This document shows, one piece after another, positions 1 to 11,571 of a stretch of DNA of 64,000 nucleotides (position 1 is the stretch's first letter; each line of letters begins with the position of its first letter). The position numbers and the translations under genes were made by a program. Source of the stretch: Podarcis liolepis (Eukaryota); assembly GCA_965112155.1 (NCBI GenBank), contig OZ218101.1; one strand, 5' to 3'. The notes beneath the pieces are model-generated. The model worked only from the letters and a program-made list of their open reading frames with translations. It had not been told where the DNA came from and ran no database searches.

Positions 1-699
1 ACACTTTAAAGACCTACTTTCTGCATTTGCCCTCTCATCATTCTTACTTACCTTTGTTCCCTATGCAATGGCTTTCCATGCAAACAGCCTGCCGCTGCTC
101 TGATTCATTCAGCAATTTCACAAGCCTGTGTGACCTTCGAGCACCCAATCCTCCCTTGGGAACCAGCTGATTAAAGAGAAGAGTGACTGATTGTGTTCCT
201 ACCCAGCTGTCTCCCAGGAACGAGAAAGACCATGTAGGAGAGGACTGAGCACAATATTGCCATTGTTAAAACTTGCCCAACTGTAGCCGTGGCTTCTCAG
301 GATATAAATGGTTGCAAGTTTCCTTAATATTCTCTATAATGATCTTTGAGAGATTAAAGGCCAGAACATGACTGGCTGCACCAGCAAGCAAGAATTCAGA
401 AGGGTGCCTGAACAGCCACTGTGCAGGTGGAAATATCATAAGCAGCGATGCTATGAGTCTATCAAGATCATCACACAGGTGCCGCAGAATGGGGTACTAG
501 ACATCATGACTAATAGCCAGTGCTGTCAGTAGATAACACACTAGACATTAGATAACACACATTAGATAACACACTAGTTCAGTGTTAGATAGATGGTGGC
601 AGAACAGGAGATACCTGACGTTTTCTCATTCCAGCTGAGTTCAGTTCCAGGATCACCTCAGTTGAGGAGAAAAGCACCTCAAGGATAGTCTTTTTTTTT

Positions 700-1075
700 A
701 CAACCCTTGGTAATTTCAAAACTGGATTGCTGCAATACACCCTAAGTGAAACTTCCATTGTGGAAAATGCAGCTGGATTGCTGACAGGAATGGGTCTGTC
801 AGCAAAGTTCTGTACCGGCTGCTGATTCTCTACCAGGTCAAGTTTAAGATGTTACTATTGGTTTGCTATCAATTCATGGATCACCTTACCCCATACACGG
901 CTGTTTGATCATTTCAGTCTGCAGAACTTGCAGTTTTTTACAAGTGTGACACTATCTCTGTCAAGCGTTTGCGAGGGGCTGCCCTATTTTTGTGGCAGGA
1001 CCTGAGCTCTAAAAATCCCTGACTGTTGACATTAGGCATTACTATGCTCTTTCAGACACCTGTTAAAAGTCTCTA
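700..1075 (+). mobile_element. Degenerate L2 LINE fragment
   Basis: Decayed LVISKLDCCN...NAAGLLTG...QVKFKMLLL motifs resembling L2 ORF2 C-terminus. Confidence 0.55.
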
Positions 1076-1136
1076 ATCACCCTCCCTAATTAAAGCCCAA
1101 ATTTAATCTCTTGGAAACAAGTAACATGACACACTC

Positions 1137-1473
1137 GCCAACATTTCTCCTATGAAAATAGGGACGGCCCATTCCATAATGATAATTTTACTATTTATAC
1201 CCCACACATCTTACTGGGTTGCCCCAGCCACTCTGGGCAGCTTCCAATGTATGAAAACATTAAAACATTAAACTTTAAAAACCCCAAAAACCTTCCCTAT
1301 ACAGGATTGCCTTCAGACGGCTCAGGGGTTGAATAACTCCATACCCGCCAACATTTCTCCAATGAAAATAGGGGAAATAGGAAAAGTAGGACATTCAGGG
1401 ATCAAATCAGAAACTGGGATGGCTTCTCTAAATCGGGGATGTCCCTGGAAAATAGGGGCACTTGGAGGGTCTG
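1137..1473. mobile_element. hAT-like non-autonomous element remnant containing an L2 3' tail
   Basis: Direct repeat GCCAACATTTCTCC(T/A)ATGAAAATAGGG at ~1137 and ~1347; right end GGAGGGTCTG; interior similar to 5660-5790. Left end not resolved. Confidence 0.5.
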
Positions 1474-2099
1474 CCATTACCACTCCACAACAATCTGTAG
1501 TATAGTATTTCTTGCCTTGGCAAAAACCTTTCATGTGAGTTACGCTATATCCCCACGCAACAAAAAAGGCAATTACCAGGCATGGTTTGCAATGTGCCAA
1601 CCAGGCCTAGAAGCCTTAGTTGCTCCTCTGTGTGAAATGTACACACGTATGCACCAGCTGTGTGTGTTGTGTTTGCACTGGTACACAGAATAGGCTAGTT
1701 TATGGGATGGCGGGGGCAGTGGGTGGACGATCAGTCAGTCACACTTTTGGTGTGCGCGCTTGGCCCATTTTCAAGGTGTCGTTTCATCAGCTTACAAGGT
1801 CAAGGGATAGCAAAGGTGGAAGAAACAAGGTTATGAAATACGAATCCATGCCTAGGACAGGGTTTGCTAAACTTTTTGGATCAGAGGGCACATTTGGGAT
1901 TTTTGAGAAAGTGCTGTGGGTGCCAGGCATAAAATGGCTGCCCTGGGGTGTGTGGCGTAGCACAAAATGGCTCCCCTTTTCTGAGTCAGACCTTTGGTCC
2001 ACCTAGCTCAGTGTTATCTACCTGGACTGGCAGCAGCTCTTCATGGTTTGACAGAGGACATTCCCAGCCCTCCTGGGGTCAAAACAGGGAGATTCTGCA

Positions 2100-2255
2100 C
2101 AGTGGCATAGCGTGGGGGGTGCAGGGGGGGCCGGCTGCACCGGGCGCAACATCTGGGGGGGGGCGCTCGCACTCGCAGCTCTCTGTCCCTACCGGGTTAG
2201 GGGGCGCAAATTACTTGCCTTGCCCCGGGTGCTGACAACCCACGCTACGCCACTG
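2100..2255. mobile_element. hAT-type MITE
   Basis: TIR CAGTGGCATAGCGTGGG / CCCACGCTACGCCACTG; perfect 8-bp TSD ATTCTGCA. Confidence 0.88.
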
Positions 2256-2537
2256 ATTCTGCATGCCAAGCAGATACCCTCAAGTTCTTTTTGTGGGCTT
2301 TCCTGCTGGGCCTCTGAGGGAACAGGAAGCTGCCCTAGATACACCTTTGGAATGATCCAATAGGGCTTTTCTTATCTTTTTACGTAGGAACCTACAGTGA
2401 GCCTCCTGGATCAGGCCCAGGGCCCATCTAGTCCAGCATCCTGTTCTCACAGTGGCTAGCCAGATCCCTGTAGGAAACCCTGCATCTTCTGAAGGCAGAC
2501 TTAAGGGGTGCAGTACGTCTTAGGAGCTTGGTTATTA

Positions 2538-2768
2538 CAGTGGTACCTTGGGTTACAGATGCTTCAGGTTACAGACGCTTCAGGTTACAGACTCTGCTAA
2601 CCCAGAAATAGTACCTCGGGTTAAGAACTTTGCTTCAGGATGAGAACAGAAATCGCACAGCAGCAGCGGGAGGCCCCATTAGCTAAAATGGTACCTCAGG
2701 TTAAGAACAGTTTCAGGTTAAGAACGGACCCCCAGAACGAATTAAGTTCTTAACCAGAGGTACCACTG
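2538..2768 (+). mobile_element. Tc1/mariner (Tigger/pogo-like) MITE
   Basis: TA-CAGTGGTACCT...AGGTACCACTG-TA; same family as 10008, 40628, 55456, 61098. Confidence 0.9.
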
Positions 2769-3684
2769 TATAGGTTTGGGAGACACTGACATAAATGAAA
2801 CCTAATCAGTTCAGTGGGAAAGAAGGACAGTTTGTTTAAAGTGGCAGCCTGTCTGAAGAAAGCAGTAGCACTAACAGCTAGGCCTGGTTAGGCCAACGTG
2901 CCCAGACCTGAAGTTTCACCTTTGCCTGTTTGTTCATGGAACGTTTGGTTCACAAAAGTACATCTGAAGGGAAGGGCGTTCTCCTGAAATATGTTGTTGC
3001 CCATCTCCTTTGTCAGCTGTGCAAGAGGGGGGAAAGCAAATAAATGGAAACACAGCTCAGTAGGCGGCTCAGAGGGTTAGTGTGCCTTAAAACCGCTTTG
3101 GGCAAAGGCCTGCCTGGCAAAATCAAAAACGGGCTGAGCATGTCTTTAAAGCCCAAACGCAGGTGTCAACAAACCCATGAAGGGGTCTGTGGACAAGCTG
3201 AGAGCCTAGTGACCCTTTTGGCCTTCCACCATCTAACTGCCCTCCCAGATGGCTTTGCACATTAATTCATTGCAATAAGTGCCTGCAAGCTGAATGAGGA
3301 TGTTGCAGACCACGGCTTTTATCAAATTCCCAGTCTCTCCTTCTTCACTCTCCTGCTCTGTGAATCCAACCTACTGTTGCCTGGTCTCTGGCTAGGTGCA
3401 TAACTTCCTGCTGCGCATCCCTGCCTTTGCAGCCCCATCTGAAAAAATAAATCTGCTGTACTTGTTCCACTGGAAGACGACCAAGCTTTCTCACACGGTG
3501 ACAATACCTACAGAACCCAGCCCTTTCCTGGATTTGTGGTTTCTAGAACAAATGTGTTTCAAGTCAAGAGGAAAATGCACTTACTGCAATATAGCTTCCT
3601 GAAACTTTGTACCACAGGGATGTCAACCAGTGGCCCTCCAGTTCCCCTGTTGATGGGAACTGGAGCCTTAAAACAAAGAAACCA

Positions 3685-3827
3685 AGCCTTATGAGGAACG
3701 GTTTAGGGAACTGGTTATGTTTAACCTGGAAAAGAAGAGACTCAGAGGAGATATGATAGCCATCTTCAAATATCTCAAGCGCTGTCACATGAAAGAGGAA
3801 ACAGGCTTGTATTCTTCTGCTCTAGAG
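3685..3827 (+). mobile_element. CR1 LINE 3' fragment, left part
   Basis: Encodes [24 protein letters not shown], typical CR1 ORF2 C-terminus; continues at 5250 after the hAT insertion. Confidence 0.88.
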
Positions 3828-5249
3828 CAGTGTTTCCCAACCTTTTTTGGGCAAAGGCACACTTGTTTCATGAAAAAAATCTCGAGGCACACCACCATTA
3901 CAGCCCCGTGACGTCAGCGCGCAGCGTCACGCCGGGAGGGACATGAATTGCTAGCAAATTACATAATCACCTCCTTGAGGGCTGGCTCATCTTCTCCGAA
4001 GGCAGAACCCCATTAATTAACAGCACAGACTCACACCATAGCCAAGGCGAGGGGGGAAAACCTCAGTCATGCACAGTCATGCACATGTGGGGGCTAAATG
4101 AGGACGAAGACCGGGCAGAGAGCAGGGTTCAAATCACCCCACCTGGCCAGGACAATCCCTGGGTGCTCCCTTGGGCCACTCGCCTGACCCACCTCGCAGG
4201 GCTGTTGTTGCGAGGATAACACGGGGAGAACCACGCGCGCCCCCGGGAGCTCCTTGGAGGAGAAAGCGGGCGATGAATGCAATGCACGAAATATATGAGA
4301 GGCGACCAGGTTTTGCAGGTGAGGGGCCCCCGCCAGCCTCCGCTTCCAACACCCGGCACAACGACGCCGAAGTTTCCCCCCGGGCTCGGCTCGGGGAGCA
4401 GCGCTGCTCCCCCCCGGCTCCCCTTCGCCCTCCCGGCTCTCTCTGCCGCCCAGTGGGGACCCCCCCTCACCTGCCAAGTCCGGAGCGCCGGTGGAAGTTG
4501 CATGCATGCACGCAGGGTGCCGCGTTGCCATTGCATTGCACTGCACTCCATGCAACGCCTGCACACATGCATTGCCTTGCACGCCCGCCAAGGGGTCTCC
4601 CCGCGGTCCGATGCGTCCCCTCCGGCGCGGATGCAGCATTGCAAAAATACCCCCCCCGACGCAGCCCTACCTGGGGGGCAGCCTCCGCCGCTCCGCCTCC
4701 GTGGGGATCCCCGGGCTCCATCCTGCCGCCCGATCTCCGCGGGGGCGCAGGCAGGCTGCGTGGGGTCTGCGCGGAAGAGCCCCTGCCCGCCCGGCCGCCG
4801 CCGCTGCGCTCATTCCATGGCCGGGAGAAGAGCGCTTCAAACAAAACGCCCGGCCCGCCAGGCCACGCTGGGAAACATAGTTCGCGCACCCCGCACGGGC
4901 GCGGAGCCCAAGGGCGAGGGGACTACGGATCCCGGCAGCCCCCGCGCCGGGGACGGAGGGGGAGAGGCCGGGTGCAGGGATGGAGGGACGGGTGGGCGAG
5001 CGAGTGAGTGAGTGGCAGCCGCCAAGCCTTGGCCGAGAGCCAGGAAGGGCCTCCCCGGAGGAGGAGGAGGAGGGAGGCGCAGAGCGGGAGGGAGGGAGGG
5101 AACCCCAGGGGTCATCTAGTGACGGCGCCCCAATCGAAAATTTGACTTAAAAAAAAAAATCTTTCGAATTTTTTAATTTTTCCCGCGGCACACCAGGCAA
5201 CATCTCGCGGCACACTAGTGTGCCGCGGAACAGTGGTTGGGAAACACTG
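3828..5249. mobile_element. Non-autonomous hAT (Charlie/Buster-like) element with GC-rich cargo, copy A
   Basis: TIRs CAGTGTTTCCCAACC...GGTTGGGAAACACTG; perfect 8-bp TSD CTCTAGAG (3820-3827, 5250-5257); repeated GGCACAC subterminal motifs; no transposase; interrupts a CR1 fragment. Confidence 0.93.
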
Positions 5250-5510
5250 CTCTAGAGGGTAGGACCCGAACCAATGGCTTCAAGTCACATGAACGGAGTT
5301 CTGACTAAGGAAGAATTTCTTGACAGTAAGAGCAGTTCAACAGTGGAACGGGCTCCCTCAGGAGGTGGAGGACTCTCCTTCCTTGGAGTTTTTTAAGCAG
5401 AGGTTGGATGGCCATCTGCCATGGATGCTTTGGTTGAGATTCCTGCATTGCAGGGGGTTAGACTAGATGGCTCTTGGGGGTCCCTTCCAACTCATTTTAT
5501 GATTCTGTGA
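5250..5510 (+). mobile_element. CR1 LINE 3' fragment, right part
   Basis: Resumes CR1 ORF2 end (EGRTRTNGFK) and 3' UTR ending GTCCCTTCCAACTC...ATGATTCTGTGA. Confidence 0.88.
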
Positions 5511-5625
5511 ACATCTGGAGGGCTCCAGCTCTGCCTTAGCAGGACGGGTGAGAAGCAGCCCTTCCCCAGCCGAAGTGGCTCCTTGGGTCACTTGGTGGGA
5601 CCTTCTGTCTCCATCAGTGACATAT

Positions 5626-5627
<2 letters not shown>

Positions 5628-5659
<32 letters not shown>
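5628..5659. repeat. (CAA)n microsatellite
   Basis: Direct reading. Confidence 0.95.
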
Positions 5660-5661
<2 letters not shown>

Positions 5662-6095
5662 TTATCATTTACACCCTGCCCATCTGGCTAAGTTTCCCCA
5701 GCCACTCTGGGCGGCTTCCAATCAAGAGTTAAAAACAATACAGCATTAAAGATTAAAAACTTCCCTAAACAGGGCTGCCTTCAGATGTCTTTTAAAGATA
5801 AGATAGCTGCTTATTTCCTTCACATCTGAAGGGAGGGTGTTCCACAGGGCGGGCGCCACTACCAAGAAGGCCCCGTCTGGTTCCCTGTAACCTCACTTCT
5901 CGCAACGAGGGAACCGCCAGAAGGCCCTCAGCGCTGGATCTCAGTGTCCGGGCTGAACGATGGGGGTGGAGACGCTCCCTCAGGTATACAGGACCGACGC
6001 TTTAAAGGTCAGTTAGGGCTTTAAAGGTCAGCACCAACACTTTGAATTGTGCTCGGAAATGTACTGGGAGCCAATGCAGATCTCTCAGGACCGGT
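5660..6095 (-). mobile_element. L2 LINE 3' fragment
   Basis: CCCCAGCCACTCTGGGCGGCTTCCAA 3' end shared with 21940, 18960 and 1200; abuts (CAA)n tail. Confidence 0.7.
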
Positions 6096-7916
6096 GTATA
6101 TAATATAATCTTGCCATGTAATCAATGGCAACCAACCCTGATGGCTTTGTCCTGCCTCCATCACTGGAGGCAGAATGCTCCTGAATACCAGGACCCGCAG
6201 GTGTGCAGAGTCCTGCTGTGCTCAGGTCCCATTTGCAGACTTCCTAGGAGAACAGGGCACAATGGACCGCTGGCCTGATCCCACAGGCTCCTTCTTGTTT
6301 CGTATGTCATACTTCAGCTGCATTTTCCATGGGTTCCCCTCCTCCCAGTCAGAACACAACGAAGCAGAGCACACCCTAAAAGGCAGTGTGCTTTTTGACA
6401 AAATCTCTCCCGCTATAAATCTGGAAGCCTTCTTGGTACACGGCTCGGCCGTCCACTTGAAAAAGCCACACACGCTTGTTGTGCTGAAATTTTTTAATAG
6501 CCCCACAGTTCTTGCCAGGCCTGTCAGCGAAGCAGCAAGTTTTACAACTCTGTTGCTGTGCAACCAGATAGATGTCAGCTTGCTAGTGTGTTCTGTTTTG
6601 TCTGAACCAGAATTCTTGGCAGAGGCTGTCTGGCCGCCCCATCCCAAATTCAGCCTTGAGCTTCTTTGGTCGAAGCGCCTCTGGATAGGCGCTTCCAAAG
6701 CAGGAAGGACCTCATAGGAAGCGGGGAGTGGGGGGGGGGTGAGAAGTGCCAGTAAAGAGGTCCAGAGTAACTGGGTTTCCACAAAAGCTGCTCTGTGCCA
6801 GCATGTGGAACATCAGCCTAGTCGACATCTGGCCTGCAGGTGCCAGGCACCTCTGAAAACAGAATCACTTGATAAACCAAACATCTGGAAGTCTCCCTAG
6901 AAAAACATCTGCATCTCCAAACACAGTCAGATCCCCCCCCCCCTTGATGATACTCAATTCAAATGCAGTCAGGAATGGAAGTCAGGAATGCAGAAGGAAG
7001 AGCATCTCACTTTTTTCTTTTAAAAGTTACAAATTCTGTGCCTAGAATTCATGGTGCTATGTCATTTGCATACATGTAGTTATCATATAGTTCATATTCA
7101 TAATTTGAAGCCATGGGGAAGAACTGGGGGGGGGGGGGGCAGAAACGGATCCCATGCGGAAATATTTCTTTAACTTCTTTCTCAATTGCTTTTCAAGGCT
7201 GGAAACTTCCCAAGGCAGTTTTCAATAATAAAAGCGAACATACCATTTCGTAGAATCGTAGAATTGCAGAGTTGGAAGGAATCTCAGCTAAAACAGCCAT
7301 GACAGGTGGCCACCCAACCTCTGCTTTAAAAAGCATTCCAAATACCATATATTGTTGTTATTGCTATATTTAGATTAATTCAATATAATGCCAGGCACTG
7401 GACATTTGAAGTGAAATAGCCTGTTTAAAAGGTAAGGTGGCTACTGGAAAATGCAATTACGAACTTAGCCAAGCCCCCAAAACATAGGAAGATAGGAAGC
7501 TGCCTTATACCAATTCAGACTGTTGGTTCACCTGTCTCATGATTTTCTACACTTGCTGGAAACCTGAGTTTGGGAAACCCTGGTTGAGACCGACCAGCAA
7601 TGGTTCTGCAGGGTTTCGGGCAGGGGTCTCTCCTAGGATAAACCAGAAGAGAACCAAGGAGCAGCATGTGAAATTAACAGCCAGATAAAACAAACAGGTC
7701 ACAACTGATGGAGCCAGTTGTATAATACCTCTAGATGTGGCAAATAAAAACAGAACAAGAAATGCTTGCAGAAACTTTACAGGACAGACACTACTCAGAT
7801 AGGGCATATCCTAAGTAATATGATCATGTAGCCAAGTAATGCTTCTGAGCTGGGCATCTTTAAAATTGCCCACAGGAGCAAGAGCAGAGTTATTCCTTTT
7901 GCTGCAGATGTGTTTA

Positions 7917-8175
7917 CCATATTTTTCGCTCTATATGACGCACCAGACCACAAGACGCACCTAGTTTTTGGAGGAGGAAAACAAGAAAAAAAACTTTCTG
8001 AATCTCAGAAGCCAGAACAGCAAGAGGGATCGCTGTGCAGTGAAAGCAGCAATCCCTCTTGCTGTTCTGGCTTCTGGGATAGCTGCGCAGCCTGAATTTG
8101 CTCCATAAGACGCACACACATTTCCCCTTACTTTTTAGGAGGGAAAAAGTGAGTCTTATAGAGCAAAAAATACAG
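7917..8175. mobile_element. Tc1/mariner-type MITE (different family)
   Basis: TA-CCATATTTTTCGCTCTATATGAC...GTCTTATAGAGCAAAAAATACAG-TA; internal inverted repeat around 8010-8075. Confidence 0.8.
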
Positions 8176-9605
8176 TACTTTGAGATTTCAAATGGGGGTG
8201 TGGTCAACAGACTAAGGACTTGGGAGAGGCACTTTTTTCATGTTGCTTCTTATTCCAAGTTAATGAAAACAAATGTCACCATAATCTAGGGTGTTAGTCA
8301 TGCCATTGTCGACAGTTTTATTTAGCCCTGATAAGGTTTCAAATTATTTAGGGCCTTCCTGCAACTCAGCTGAACATCCCACTCCCCTCAAAAGACACAC
8401 CAATAGCAAGGCTGATGTCCTAAACGTGATGGTCAACCACGTAAGGTTTCAATATGACTAAGTCTGGAAAGAAAAAAATAGAATCTTAGAGAGATCTTAG
8501 AGATTGTCTAACCTAACGGTCTCCCAGAGCTGGAAATCCACTGCAACAACATCCCTGAAAGGAGGACATCCAACCAGTCCTACTATTGAAGCAGCACATA
8601 CTGTCAAGAAGTTGTTCTTCTCAGTACTGAAGAGTTGGAAGGGACCCTGTCTAATTCCTTTTTATTGTAAAAGTTACCGCCCACAATGCTGGAAAACTGG
8701 GCAGATTGGGAGCGGGGGAATCCTCATACTGGAAAAGGCCCAAAACAGGCGCTGCACAGGAGACGGTCAATGTTTGTAGCTGCAGGTGGTGGTCTGCTCT
8801 GCAGTCTGTGGTCCAAGGAGACAAAAAAAGGCCAGCTCCACAATGCATTGGGCTGCAGGCTTGCACAGAAACCATTTGCCTGGCTGCCTGCGGCAAGTAA
8901 GGATTTCCCCCAGCAAGGAAACTTTCTGAGCCGCTGGCTACTCTTTTCTGATAATAAAGAGCTAACCCAAGTGGATTGTGTTTTGGTCAAAGGCAAGGTG
9001 CCAGTTCCTGAAAACTGCAGAAGTGGGGAGAGGGGTCTTGTGTTCCTGTTCATGGGTTTTCCACGGGCATCTAGTTGACCACCGTGCGAACAGGCTGCTA
9101 GACTAGATGGGCCACTGGCCTGATCCTGCAAACCTCTTCTTTCATTCTTATTTGCAAAGCTACTTGGAGCTATGTAGCATTGAGGGCTTCACATGGGCTG
9201 TAGCACACCACTTCAAGGATCCCGTCATGTACCACTAAGCATATGAACATATTATATATAATATTCAAAAGAACTGCAAGATTGAAGTGGGGTGGGGAAT
9301 AATTTAATGATTAAATACTACAAGTATTTAAGTATTATATCTACAAGTATTATACACACTCACATACACTTAAATTGTTGTAACCTGCCCTGGGGCTTTC
9401 TGATGAAGGGCAGGTAAGAACTCAAAATAATTATGATTATCAGCCTTCCTGGATCAAGCCGTCTAGTCCAGGACTATATTCCTACAGTGGGAAGCCAGAT
9501 GCCAATGGGAAACCAGAAAGCAACACGTGAGTGTACCCGTCCTCTTCTGACTTGCGAGTCCCTCAGCAACCGGTATTCAGAGTAAACCACCAATACAGGA
9601 AAATA

Positions 9606-9805
9606 CAGTGGACACTTGGGTTGTGAACATGATCCATGCGGGAAGCACGTTCGCAACCTGCAGCGCCGTGTCTGTGCATGCACAGGTTGCGATTCTGCGC
9701 AAGTGTCGAAACCTGGAAGTAACCCGTTCCGGTACTTCCAGGTTTGGTGCAGTGCGCAACCTGAAACCGCGCAACCCGAAGCACCTGTAACCCGAGGTAT
9801 GACTG
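9606..9805. mobile_element. Tigger-like MITE, related subfamily
   Basis: TA-CAGTGGACACTTGGGTTG...TAACCCGAGGTATGACTG; core CCTGGAAGTAACCCGTTCCGGTACTTC is shared (reverse) with ~62430-62460. Confidence 0.7.
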
Positions 9806-10007
9806 GGATACATGTATCCCAGGTATTAAGCGTTCTGAGGAACACTGACAGACTGAGAATTGGTAAATAAAAAGGGAACGCAAGACTGCCCATGCTTGAA
9901 GATCTGAAGTTTTCCTTCAAAAACATTCCTTATTGGAACTATGTAAAGCAATAAAGGAGAGGACTTATTCAGTGGTGGTGACCTGCTTTCCCATATTAAG
10001 TTTAGTA

Positions 10008-10249
10008 CAGTGGTACCTCAGGTTAAGTACTTAATTCGTTCTGGAGGTCCGTACTTAACCTGAAACTGTTCTTAACTTGAAGCACCACTTTAGCTAATGG
10101 GGCCTTCCGCTGCCGCTGTGCCGCCGCAGCACGATTTTTGTTCTCATCGTGAAGCAAAGTTCTTAACCTGAAGCACTATTTCTGGGTTAGCAGAGTCTGT
10201 AACCTGAAGCATATGTAACCTGAAGCGTATGTAACCTGAGGTACCACTG
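10008..10249 (-). mobile_element. Tc1/mariner (Tigger/pogo-like) MITE
   Basis: TA-CAGTGGTACCTCAGGTTA...TAACCTGAGGTACCACTG-TA; reverse orientation to 2538-2768. Confidence 0.9.
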
Positions 10250-10914
10250 TAGTGCAGTTTTAGAGCTTTTTGTTGTTTAGTGCCATGGAATCTACTGAAT
10301 AAAGTATGATATACAAAAATACAAGCAAAGCTGGGAAACGCACTAAACATTGTTTAATGCCATGCCCCCCCAAATGATGTTACGAACATCGTAACCCTTA
10401 TGGTCTTCTGCTGACTTTGCTGGTTTCTGCTGATAACATCACTTGATATGAGGAAAGTTCTGAACACGGCACATATGTGCTGCTAGACGAGGATGGCGTC
10501 TGGAAAAAAAATCTTAATTTTCTTTCCCTCTCCCCCCAATAAAATACCTTTATTTGTTGCAAAGTTGATTTCTGCCACCTGTGGAGAAAACATTGGCATA
10601 ACGGCCAGAGTTTTACTTGTCCTTGGTCAAAGAGACCTTATCCAAAGACTTGCATGTGTGAATGTACTGCCGCCCCCTCACTACACACACAAGCCAATGA
10701 GGTTGGGCTGGCTGATTGTACAATATAAAAATGGTGACTGCCAGCAAACAGTTTATAGAATTTGACAAACACGGATATGTAAAATTTGATTGCTTTTTTT
10801 TTTTTAAAAAAAAATTAAACGTCTAAGGATTCTGCATTAGCTGTAAAGACCTGGTACAAAATTCCTCGTGCCTCTGCATTACGATGTGTTTAAATGTGGA
10901 AAAAACAAACAAGA

Positions 10915-11540
10915 CACAGTAAGCGCAAAGTATATATTTATATCATGTAAAACAAAAAAAGCAATGGGAAAAAGTATTACATAAAAGAAAATGTAACAGA
11001 ATTTACTACGGTACCTAACAGAGGCATGCTCTATAAAGAAAATATAACATTCATAACTTTATATATATTTGCAAAAGTTGAGTTTCAGAGTTCTCTAATA
11101 GAAAACATTTTAAAATATGGAAGTTTTTCACCCTAAAGTGTCGTTTTAGACACACACACGCACACGCACACCTGCATCTTGTATAAAAAAAATCCCACTA
11201 TGATTGCAAGTGAAGTCGTTTTAATATGGATTCTCCAGATGTGCAAAAACTAAGTTACTGTTAATCACTCCAAAATTGTCTTTTCACCTTTTGCATTGCT
11301 TGAGCTCCAACACTGATTGGTACAATTTTTGATCCATATGATTTATAGAAACAGTACACATTCCAAAGAAGTTATGCTGTCAGACATACACAAGAATTCA
11401 TAAGCTTCCATTGCAATCTGAACATAACTGTACTTTAAAAAAATCTTGAAGCTATAAAGTTAGGACAGTGATCTGTTTAAATATATACACCAATCAATAC
11501 AAAATACTACTCATAACACTTTTCTTTCTTTCTTTCTTTC

Positions 11541-11571
<31 letters not shown>

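Noticed and set aside
527-576. Short repeats of AGATAACACA with small spacers
   Set aside because: Local tandem duplication in a eukaryotic genome; not a CRISPR-like array.
4094-5115. Many long overlapping ORFs (up to 278 aa) on both strands
   Set aside because: Pro/Arg/Gly/Ala-rich, stop-poor by GC content, no recognisable domain, and inside a TSD-flanked element.
6175-6782. Opposing 180 and 186 aa ORFs, one with a hydrophobic N-terminus
   Set aside because: The 186-aa ORF starts at GTG, neither resembles a protein I recognise, and there is no clear exon structure; BLASTP would be needed to revive it.
6968-6991. Tandem GGAATG (TEAD/MCAT) sites downstream of YAP1 suggesting autoregulation
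   Set aside because: Explained by a short local duplication of AGTCAGGAATG; 6-mers are frequent by chance.
1-10900. Possible BIRC2/BIRC3 exons, the downstream neighbours of YAP1 in mammals
   Set aside because: No BIR, CARD or RING coding sequence recognised in this interval.
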